A DNA stretch of 39,767 bases from positions 1 to 39,767 of the forward strand of contig JAZGFI010000153.1 in assembly GCA_036479435.1 (NCBI GenBank). Reading direction: 5' to 3'. Positions 16,580 to 24,445 of the stretch are shown here, piece after piece; positions within the stretch are counted from its first letter, which is position 1, and the number at the start of each line of letters is the position of its first letter. The notes beneath the pieces were generated by a model. It was not told the DNA's origin and made no database searches. It saw only the letters and a program-made list of their open reading frames with translations. The DNA comes from Planctomycetota bacterium (GTDB lineage: Bacteria; Planctomycetota; GCA-002687715; DRQF01). The position numbers and the translations under genes are program-made.

Positions 16580-16673
16580 GAGAACCGAGTCAGTCTTCTT
16601 TTTCCCGGGAAATTAGGTCTGGCCCTGACCTAATCAAGTGGGAGAAAGGAGACTGACACCAGTTAACCGGTTT
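16580..16673 (-). repeat. Palindromic element copy R4 (near full length)
   Basis: Minus strand AAACCG-GTTAACT-GGTGTCAGTCTCCTTTCTCCCACTTGATTAGGTCAGGGCCAGACCTAATTTCCCGGGAAAAAGAAGACTGAC. Confidence 0.88.
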
Positions 16674-17040
16674 ACTGGTTGCCGTCGAGGTCGGGAGCAA
16701 AGGAGCTGCCGCTGGTCGGCGATGCCTTGTCGACGGCGGGGGACCGAAAGCCGCGAAAAACAGGTCCGAGAAGTTCAAGAGGTTCGGGCCGCAGGCATTG
16801 TCGTTAATGCGGTAACGCCGGATTTCAGTGGTTCCGCTTCCAGCCCCCAAGACTTGGATGCCGCCCGCACCGCCAGCGACGAGGGTTCCGTGAATTCCCG
16901 TGTGATTGTCAATAGTGCAGCCACGATTCGTGGGTGAAGAACCCAAGCACAAGATCGCGCCGCCATCGGGAATCGTTTGCGAGGCCGCAGTCCCGAGCGT
17001 AGTTAAAAGGTCGATTGGGGGCTGGGGCTAAGTAGCAAAT
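16672..17040 (-). pseudogene. Remnant of a secreted beta-helix / choice-of-anchor-Q-like protein
   Basis: GGAILCLGSSPTNRGCTIDN, then after a frameshift SPAVDKASPTSGSSFAPDLDGNQ*. No credible start. Confidence 0.55.
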
Positions 17041-17151
17041 TCAGATCACAGCCTTGGGATCTGATGTGTGTTGCGTCGCGTAAGCTCTGCGGGCAGCGTT
17101 TGTTGAGCGAGAGTGGCTCGCGGCGATCGCTATCCACCGACGGAAAAGGGC

Positions 17152-18432
17152 ATGCTTCGATTCATCCATTTGGCCGACGTCCACCTCGATACACCCTTTC
17201 GCTCGCGCGACGCCGAGCTTCGGCAGGCTCTCGCCGAGGCGGGCCGTGAGGCTTTTCGCCGCGCGGTGACTTTGGCAGTTATTGAAAAGGCGCAGGCTTT
17301 TGTCATTGCGGGCGATCTCTTCGACAACGACCGACTTAGCTTCCGCACTGAAGTCTTGTTGCAAGAACAGTTCGAACGTCTCAACGATTCGGGGATCACC
17401 GTGGTCATCGCTACCGGCAATCACGATCCGGGGGGGCGCGATCTGCGCGCCTATCGGCGAGCTGACTCCTGGCCGAAGAGCCTTGTTTTGGCGCGCGGCA
17501 AAGACCTCGTCGAAACAACGATCCTCGATGGAAATGGTCGTGCCCTGGGAACCATCGCCGCAATCGGCCACGCGACGGCACGGGAAGCTGAGAATCTCGT
17601 GAGGCGTTTTGGTCGTCCCAACCCGAAACTCCCTTCTGTCGCCGTCTTGCACACTCAAGTCGAGTCGGCCGTCGCCGCCGCCAAGCACGAACGCTACGCT
17701 CCTTGTTCGCTTGAGGATCTGAGAACTCGGTCCTACGACTACTGGGCGCTCGGCCATGTACATCTTAGGCAAGAGTTGTCAAAGCAACCCGCCGTTCACT
17801 ACCCCGGCAACTTGCAGGGCCGACACTTTGGGGAAACCGGGGCCAAGGGGGCCTTGCTGGTCGAGATCGACGGCCCCGGGGAGCAGCCGCGCGTTTTTTT
17901 TCGCGACCTTGCGCCGATTCGTTGGGACCTTCTTCAGCTCAACGATCTATCAGGTGTCGAGAGTGCGACCGAGCTCATCGACCGTGCCGCACGGGCTTAC
18001 GACGGTATGCGTGATCATGCGGCGTCGGTGCATGGTTATCGCGGCGACGCTCGACACTTGTTGCGTATCAAGTTGATCGGGCCATGCCCAATGGCCGGGG
18101 CTTTGAATTTTCCAGAAGAAGCCAAAGCGCTCGGCGAGTTAGCGCGCGACGAGCTCGATGCCTTGCATGTGGAGTGGGACGTCAGCGAGTTGCGAGCTCC
18201 CTACGATGTTGCCTCTTTACGAGAACGTTCGCGCATTCTGGACGGCGCCTTCTCACTTCTAGAGGGCTTGCGATCCGGAGAGGTCTCATGGGACGAGCTG
18301 GGGACTGGCCCGCTCGCTTCTCTTGGAGCTAGCCACGAAGTTCGACATCGAGATTCCCTGGGCCGCGACCGAATTCTGTCGTCACTCGAAGAGCTTCTCG
18401 CCGAAGCCATGACCGACGAGGCTGGACCGTGA
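17152..18432 (+). CDS. SbcD/Mre11/YhaO-type metallophosphoesterase (DNA repair exonuclease)
   Basis: FIHLADVHLD, AGDLFD, GNHD, DYWALGHVH and YPGNLQGR. Confidence 0.93.
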   Translation: MLRFIHLADVHLDTPFRSRDAELRQALAEAGREAFRRAVTLAVIEKAQAFVIAGDLFDNDRLSFRTEVLLQEQFERLNDSGITVVIATGNHDPGGRDLRAYRRADSWPKSLVLARGKDLVETTILDGNGRALGTIAAIGHATAREAENLVRRFGRPNPKLPSVAVLHTQVESAVAAAKHERYAPCSLEDLRTRSYDYWALGHVHLRQELSKQPAVHYPGNLQGRHFGETGAKGALLVEIDGPGEQPRVFFRDLAPIRWDLLQLNDLSGVESATELIDRAARAYDGMRDHAASVHGYRGDARHLLRIKLIGPCPMAGALNFPEEAKALGELARDELDALHVEWDVSELRAPYDVASLRERSRILDGAFSLLEGLRSGEVSWDELGTGPLASLGASHEVRHRDSLGRDRILSSLEELLAEAMTDEAGP

Positions 18433-20249
18433 AAATTGATCGGATTCAGATCGACGCTTACGGCCGTCTCCGCGATTGGCGACATGGTGATCTGCAAGAC
18501 GCGAAGCTCATTGTGCTGCTGGGCGGCAACGAGTCCGGAAAATCTAGCGTGCTTAGTTTTCTAGAGTCAATGCTCTACGGCTTTGCGCCGGGGCGGGCCA
18601 GCGAACACCCCTACTTTCCTTGGGACGGCGGAGGGTGTGGCGGATCATTGCAGTTGTCGACCGAAGACGGCGAGTCCTTGGATCTTCGTCGTAGTCTAAA
18701 AGACCGTCCGCTATCTTGGCTTCACCGCGGCGCAGAATCCAAACCCATCGCCAACGCAGCTCTACTGAAAAATTGGCCGTCACGCTTGGCCTACCGCCGC
18801 GTGTTCTATTTAGATCACGAAGAGTTGGCCCGGCCCACGGCAGCCGTATGGCGTGAGCTCGAAACACGGCTGGCATCGGGCTGGGACGGTCCTTCCTTTC
18901 GCGATCCTTCAGAAGCGGTGGCATTGCTGCACCGTGAGGCCAAGGCGCTGTGGCGACCTGATCGTCGTGGTCGTCCGTCGGCGAGCCGACTTACAGAACG
19001 CCTCAATCGCCTCGCTGAACGCCGCCGTACCGCGCTTGGGGATCGAGACCGGATGGACGAACTAAAGCGACAATCCGAGGATCAGCGGCGGGCCCTCGAA
19101 TTGTCCACGGCGCGCAAACGGCAACTTGAAGAGTGGGGCGCGGAGGCAGAGCTGCGCCGTCCATTGAAGGGCATGCGCCAGCAGTTGAGGCTGCGATCCG
19201 CAGATTTGAGGCTCCTTGAAGATGAATTGGCATCGGCCGAGGCATCTGCCGTTGCCGACAATGTCATCGCCAAAAAGCCCCAACCCGTCATGCCCTGGGC
19301 GGCGGCGATCGTCGCGACCGTTGGCCTAAGCTTGCTCGGCTGGATGCATCCGGTCGTTGGCATCTTGTTGCTGGCTATGGCCGCAGTCTTCATCATCCAC
19401 CGTAGTCGGCGGCAGATGGTCAGCGCGCAGTTGACACTCGATACTCAAAACAAAGAGCGCATCGCGCGGCGACGGGCGTCAATGACTCGGGCGGCGGCAG
19501 CCATGACCGCCGAGAAATCCGAGATCGACAGGCTGGAGTCCACCCTCGGCCGATCGCATCCTCAAGGTCTTGAGCCCCGGGAAATGCGCGAGGAGATTTC
19601 AGTTTTGTCGCGCAGGATCAGCTCTTTACTCCAGGCTCAAGGTCGAGTGGATGCCGAACTCCGCCGGCTGTCGGGGGCAGCGTCCGTCGATGATATCGAT
19701 GGCGAGGTGGATGCGATCAAAGAAGAACTCGACGAGGTTAGACTGCAACGGGATCGAAGAAACGTCGCCGCGACTATCTTGGAACGAGTTCGTTGCGAAC
19801 TGGGCGATGGCCTATCGCCCCGCTTCGTCGAGCGCGCCTCCACGATCTTCAACGCGCTGACTCGCGGTCGCTACCAGGGGCTTTTCGCCCTTGAAGAGGC
19901 GGGGCGCCCCCGCCTTTACCTGCGCCGATCCAAGGGCACAGAGCCAGTCCCCGCGCAAGCTCCGGTTTCCCGCGGTACGGCCCAGCAGGCCTGGCTGGCC
20001 TTTCGACTTGCGCTCGTCGATGATCTTGACCGCGCGGCCGATCGGCTTCCCCTACTTTTGGACGAAGTCTTTTCGGAATGGGATCGGCATCGCATCGACG
20101 GTGCGGCCCAGATCCTCGAGGAGATGAGCGAACACCGGCAGATCTTCATTGCGACCGCGCGGCCCGAACTGGCTACCGCCTTTCGCCGCCGCGGGGCCGT
20201 GGTCATCCGCTTGGAGACCGAAGAAGAATCTGCCGGTGAGATCAGCTAA
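18429..20249 (+). CDS. YhaN/SbcC-like coiled-coil ABC-type ATPase (AAA_27)
   Basis: Walker A GGNESGKS, signature VSRGTAQQ, Walker B LLLDEVF, coiled coils and a central hydrophobic segment; GTGA overlap with the nuclease gene. Confidence 0.88.
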   Translation: MKIDRIQIDAYGRLRDWRHGDLQDAKLIVLLGGNESGKSSVLSFLESMLYGFAPGRASEHPYFPWDGGGCGGSLQLSTEDGESLDLRRSLKDRPLSWLHRGAESKPIANAALLKNWPSRLAYRRVFYLDHEELARPTAAVWRELETRLASGWDGPSFRDPSEAVALLHREAKALWRPDRRGRPSASRLTERLNRLAERRRTALGDRDRMDELKRQSEDQRRALELSTARKRQLEEWGAEAELRRPLKGMRQQLRLRSADLRLLEDELASAEASAVADNVIAKKPQPVMPWAAAIVATVGLSLLGWMHPVVGILLLAMAAVFIIHRSRRQMVSAQLTLDTQNKERIARRRASMTRAAAAMTAEKSEIDRLESTLGRSHPQGLEPREMREEISVLSRRISSLLQAQGRVDAELRRLSGAASVDDIDGEVDAIKEELDEVRLQRDRRNVAATILERVRCELGDGLSPRFVERASTIFNALTRGRYQGLFALEEAGRPRLYLRRSKGTEPVPAQAPVSRGTAQQAWLAFRLALVDDLDRAADRLPLLLDEVFSEWDRHRIDGAAQILEEMSEHRQIFIATARPELATAFRRRGAVVIRLETEEESAGEIS

Positions 20250-20722
20250 AGGCCAAAGAGCAGCTCCATTCCATTGGAGGTGCTTTCCAGCGGCGCGGTT
20301 TCGGCGACTTGGTAGTAAAGCACGATGCCCGCAAGGTTGGGGCGGTTCAAAAACTCAAAGAACCTGAACTCACCGTTTTGATCGGCGACCGTGGGTGCCG
20401 TCAGGAATAACTCGCCTGGAGCTGGCGAGATGTAGAGCGGAAATTGTATTCCGTTCGAAGTGAAAGTCGTGTTGACGGGAGCCAGGCTGACGCCGAAGAA
20501 GAGACTTCCAAAAGGTGAGGCTCCGGTGAGAGCAATGAACCCCGTGCGAGGTTTTTGCGGGCGACTTTCCCAGGCGAAGCTTAAACTATCGCTCAAGGAT
20601 TGACTGATAGCATAGCGGGTGACCTTCTGCCATTTTCTTGAGGCCCCCAAGCTACACCGTGATTCGCCATCTGCGCCAATGGCCTGGGCGGCGGCAATGA
20701 AAAACTCCACCTGGGTTCCCAT
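20246..20722 (-). CDS. Hypothetical protein or truncated gene resembling the C-terminal beta module of large secreted proteins
   Basis: The last ~100 aa look protein-like (ADQNGEF...PNLAGIVLYYQVAE...STSNGMELLFGL*); the N-terminus is unconvincing. Confidence 0.5.
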   Translation of the reverse strand: MGTQVEFFIAAAQAIGADGESRCSLGASRKWQKVTRYAISQSLSDSLSFAWESRPQKPRTGFIALTGASPFGSLFFGVSLAPVNTTFTSNGIQFPLYISPAPGELFLTAPTVADQNGEFRFFEFLNRPNLAGIVLYYQVAETAPLESTSNGMELLFGL

Positions 20723-20773
20723 TTGGGCGGCTCAGGTGGAGTTCGCTGAATCTGAACTAGATGGATCAGTTTC

Positions 20774-21187
20774 TTAGCAGTGCTCTTCGAACATGGCGAT
20801 GAGATCGTTGGCGATCTGAACCGGCATCTTGCCTTCGATATCGTGGCGTTCCATCATCGCGACGCAGGCGCCGTCTTTCATGAGGGCGATTTGCGGCGAC
20901 GAGGGCGAATAGCCGACGAAGTAGCTGCGGGCGCGCTCGACGGCATCTTTTTCCTGACCCGCGAAGACGGTGGTCAGCTTTTCGGGTTTCTTGTCGTGTT
21001 GTAAGGCGAGAGCCAAGCCCGGGCGGGCGCCACCTGCGGCACAGCCACAAACCGAATTCACGAACACCAAGGCAGTGCCCTCAAAGCTCTTCAGTTGTTG
21101 ATCAACGTCCTCGCCTGAGCGCATCTCAGTCGCGCCGAGTCGAGTGATTTCCTCCCGCATGGGAGCTACCATTTGTTCGTCGTACAT
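20774..21187 (-). CDS. Bacilliredoxin, BrxA/BrxB (YphP/YqiW) family
   Basis: VAPMREE, FVNSVCGCAAGGARPG, TVFAGQEKDAV, PSSPQIALMKDG and RHDIEG; GGAG RBS. Confidence 0.93.
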   Translation of the reverse strand: MYDEQMVAPMREEITRLGATEMRSGEDVDQQLKSFEGTALVFVNSVCGCAAGGARPGLALALQHDKKPEKLTTVFAGQEKDAVERARSYFVGYSPSSPQIALMKDGACVAMMERHDIEGKMPVQIANDLIAMFEEHC

Positions 21188-21389
21188 ATCTCGTTCTCCA
21201 GTGGGTACGCGGCGATAGGCTCGCGTCGGGAGGACAATCTAACAGCTGCGTCAAGCTGCTCCCAACCTTCCTCCCTGGCAGTATTGGAGACTATCCCTGG
21301 GCCCCGGATTAAAAGGGCCTACAATCAGAGCCATGGCTGGGATTGGGGCTGGGCCCAAGGCAGCGCAGATGCGGATGAGGTGCGGATAC

Positions 21390-22334
21390 GTGGACGTCGA
21401 ACCGAGGGAACGAGAGCCCGTACCGGTCACCATCGTCGGTGGCTTTTTGGGCAGTGGCAAGACCACGCTCTTGAACCGCGCCTTGCGCGGTGATCACGGC
21501 AGAAAAATCGCCGTCATCGTCAACGAACTCGGTGAGATTGGCCTGGATGCTGAACTTCTCGAGGGCGGCGAGAGCTTTGTCGAACTCGACAATGGTTGTT
21601 TGTGTTGCGCCCTCAAAGAAGACCTCGTTGCGACCTTGGGCGAACTCGGCGAACGCGAGGATCTCGACCAAGTACTCATTGAAACCACGGGCATCGCCGA
21701 CCCGCTACCCGTGGGAAACGCCGTCACCAGACCTGAACTTGAAGGGCGCTTCGCTTTGGACGCGGTCATCATCACCGTCGATTCGCTGAACTTAGAGCGC
21801 GCCTTCGAAGCCGGGCTCGAAACACAGATTCAAATTGGATGCGCAGACTTTCTCGTTCTGACGAAGACCGACGGACTAACAGCCGATCGCATGGAGTTTG
21901 TGCGGTCGACTCTGACCGCCATCAACCCTCGCGCTCACATGTTCGAGAGCTGCGAGCCCGGCGTGTTTCAACTGTTGCTTGGCGAAGCGCTCGTCGGGCA
22001 AGAATCATCGCTCTTCACGGAACCCAAGGTCTCAATCGACGATGGCCACGCCCACGGATTCAAAAGCCTCTCAGTTGACGTTGGTAATCGTTCGACCATC
22101 CGCCTGTGCTTCGAGGAATTCTTGGAGGAGCTGCCGCGCTCGGTCTACCGAGCTAAGGGCATCGTCAAGTTAGATGGCGAACGCGGCCGCCTCGTCTTTC
22201 AGCATGTTGCGGGACGTTGCGAATTGGAACACGATTCTGAACGCAGTGGCGACGGACGCCTGGTGTTTATCGGTAAGGACTTCGACCGCGAGAAACTCCG
22301 CACGGAGGTCGAGTCTCTTTTTGAGGTGTACTGA
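21390..22334 (+). CDS. COG0523/CobW-family G3E GTPase (metallochaperone)
   Basis: GGFLGSGKTT, NELGEIGLD, NGCLCC, IETTGIADP, TKTD, YRAKG and a short His motif. GTG start chosen from the GAGGTG RBS; the ORF is open from 21333. Confidence 0.92.
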   Translation: MDVEPREREPVPVTIVGGFLGSGKTTLLNRALRGDHGRKIAVIVNELGEIGLDAELLEGGESFVELDNGCLCCALKEDLVATLGELGEREDLDQVLIETTGIADPLPVGNAVTRPELEGRFALDAVIITVDSLNLERAFEAGLETQIQIGCADFLVLTKTDGLTADRMEFVRSTLTAINPRAHMFESCEPGVFQLLLGEALVGQESSLFTEPKVSIDDGHAHGFKSLSVDVGNRSTIRLCFEEFLEELPRSVYRAKGIVKLDGERGRLVFQHVAGRCELEHDSERSGDGRLVFIGKDFDREKLRTEVESLFEVY

Positions 22335-23443
22335 TGGTGTTGGAGAGCAAAGCCACCGCTTCGGCCGAAGACCTTGTCGCCGCTGAGCGGCGCGGCCCCA
22401 CGATGAAAGAAGCGCGCGAAATCTTAAGGGGTCTCTTTGATCATCGCCCTGGCGTCTATTGGATTGACTTCTTGATTTCAGTGACGGTGGCCTGGGGCGC
22501 TTTGGCCGGGGCGATCTCGCGAACGGCCATCGACTTTCAGATGGTGGCGTGCATCGTCATTTCATCCTTCGCTCTTCTGCGGGCGGTCCTCTTTCTCCAC
22601 GAGATCACGCATTTTCGTCGCGGCGTCATGCCGGGCTTTCAGTTGATTTGGGATTTGCTCGTTGGCGTGCCGATGCTATTGCCGTCGTTCATGTATGTGG
22701 GTGGCGCCCATACCGATCACCATAAGCGTCACCTCTACGGCACGATCAAAGACCCGGAGTATTTGCCGCTCGGATTTTTCTCCCGTTGGCGGATCATGGT
22801 GTTTCTGCTCGAAACCCTGTTCGTTCCCTTGTTGCTCATCTTGCGCTTCGGCTTGTTGGCACCGGTTTCTTGGCTGCTGCCGCCGTTACGTCGGCTCCTT
22901 ATTGAGCGCGCTTCAACTTTGGTGATCAACGTCGATTTTCGACGGCGCCAACCGAGCCCCGAAGACAATCGGCGTTGGCTGGCTTTAGAAGTCATGATGT
23001 TCACATGGGTCGTAGGCGTGGTGTGGATGTTGACGACAGGGGTCTTGCCGCTGCGGGCGCTCGGGATCTGGTATGCGATGGCGGCCTTCATGGCGCTCAT
23101 TAATCAGTTCCGTACTTTGACCGCCCACCTCTACGAAAACGATGGCGCGGGCATGAGCACCGAAGCTCAATTGCTTGATTCGGTGAATGTCCGCGGATGT
23201 TTCGGACTGACCGAATTGGTTTTTCCGGTCGGCCTAAAGTACCACGCGCTTCATCACTTTGTGCCCGACATGCCTTACCACAGCTTGGCGGAGGCGCACC
23301 AACGCCTGATGAAATCTCTACCCGTCGGATCGCTCTATCGCGACACCGAGTACGCTGGCGGCATCGCCGTCTTACTGAGGTTTTGGCGGCACGGCAAAAA
23401 CGGTGGGGCGGCCCCCGCAGCTTGGAAGAGAACGGAGTCCTGA
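22334..23443 (+). CDS. Membrane fatty acid desaturase family protein
   Basis: His boxes HEITH, HTDHHKRH and HALHH; several TM segments. Confidence 0.9.
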   Translation: MVLESKATASAEDLVAAERRGPTMKEAREILRGLFDHRPGVYWIDFLISVTVAWGALAGAISRTAIDFQMVACIVISSFALLRAVLFLHEITHFRRGVMPGFQLIWDLLVGVPMLLPSFMYVGGAHTDHHKRHLYGTIKDPEYLPLGFFSRWRIMVFLLETLFVPLLLILRFGLLAPVSWLLPPLRRLLIERASTLVINVDFRRRQPSPEDNRRWLALEVMMFTWVVGVVWMLTTGVLPLRALGIWYAMAAFMALINQFRTLTAHLYENDGAGMSTEAQLLDSVNVRGCFGLTELVFPVGLKYHALHHFVPDMPYHSLAEAHQRLMKSLPVGSLYRDTEYAGGIAVLLRFWRHGKNGGAAPAAWKRTES

Positions 23444-24438
23444 TGGAAGGCGGAGATCAGCCCAATTTCGATCCCGCCGCGCCAGCCAATCCCGCCGCGG
23501 GCATCTTTGGCATCGGGCGCGCGCCCAAAGACTGCGCTGTCCACTTGATCCCGGTGCCCTTTGAGGCGACGGCTAGCTATGGCACCGGCACATCTTTCGG
23601 GCCGGAGGCCATCGTGAAGGCCAGCGGCCAATTGGACCTATTTGATATCGACAACGGCCGTCCCTACGAAGTCGGCATCTGCATGCTGCCCGAACTAAGC
23701 GAGATACAGCAACTCGACCGCGCTTGTGCCGAAGATCGCAGTGCTGATGTCGTCAACGCCGCCAGTGCCCGGGTCAACGAACTGGTGCGAGCCCAAGCGG
23801 AGAAGTCTTTGGACCAAGGCTGTTTTGTCGGCGTTGTCGGCGGCGATCACGCCTCACCCTTTGGATTGATCGAAACCTTGGCCGCTCGGCATCCGGGGAT
23901 GGGGATTCTGCACATTGACGCACACCACGACCTTCGCCAAGCCTACGAAGGCTACACCTGGTCTCACGCTTCGATTCTGTACAACGTTGTCACGAAGATC
24001 GGCGGCTTGGGTCGCGTGGTCCAAGTTGGGGTTCGCGATTTTGCGGAAAGTGAGAAGCAGTTCGTAGAGGATTCTGAGCGCCGTATTGTCTGTTTTTACG
24101 ACCAAGAACTACGCAAGGCCGGCTTTGACGGACAGACTTGGACCGCTGTTTGCGAACTCATCGTCGCCCAGTTGCCGCAAGAGGTTTACATCTCCTTCGA
24201 CATTGACGGCTTGGACCCCAAGCTGTGCCCCGACACCGGGACTCCGGTTCCCGGCGGCCTAGATTTCGAAGAAGCCCTTCACCTTTTGCGCCTCGTGGTG
24301 GAGAGTGGGCGCAAGATTGTGGGGTTTGATCTTTGTGAAGTAGCCCCCGGCACTCCTGAGAGCGAATGGGACGCTAACGTCGGCGCGCGCCTGCTCTACA
24401 AGTTGATCGGATTCGGTTTGCGCTCTCGCCAGCGTTGA
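23443..24438 (+). CDS. Agmatinase / ureohydrolase family
   Basis: GGDHA, HIDAHHD, SFDIDGLDP, TGTPVPGGL and GFDLCEV; TGATG coupling to the desaturase gene. Confidence 0.9.
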   Translation: MEGGDQPNFDPAAPANPAAGIFGIGRAPKDCAVHLIPVPFEATASYGTGTSFGPEAIVKASGQLDLFDIDNGRPYEVGICMLPELSEIQQLDRACAEDRSADVVNAASARVNELVRAQAEKSLDQGCFVGVVGGDHASPFGLIETLAARHPGMGILHIDAHHDLRQAYEGYTWSHASILYNVVTKIGGLGRVVQVGVRDFAESEKQFVEDSERRIVCFYDQELRKAGFDGQTWTAVCELIVAQLPQEVYISFDIDGLDPKLCPDTGTPVPGGLDFEEALHLLRLVVESGRKIVGFDLCEVAPGTPESEWDANVGARLLYKLIGFGLRSRQR

Positions 24439-24445
24439 GGATTTC

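Noticed and set aside
14128..16673. Classical integron attC array
   Set aside because: The repeats lack matching RYYYAAC...GTTRRRY ends, the cargo genes face opposite ways, and no integron integrase is present.
17152..20249. Wadjet, Lamassu or another SMC defence system
   Set aside because: The two-gene metallophosphoesterase plus AAA_27 layout fits YhaO/YhaN, and no kleisin, KITE or effector genes are present.
21190..21390. Cobalamin riboswitch or Zur box upstream of the CobW-family gene
   Set aside because: No B12-box or AT-rich palindrome was recognisable.
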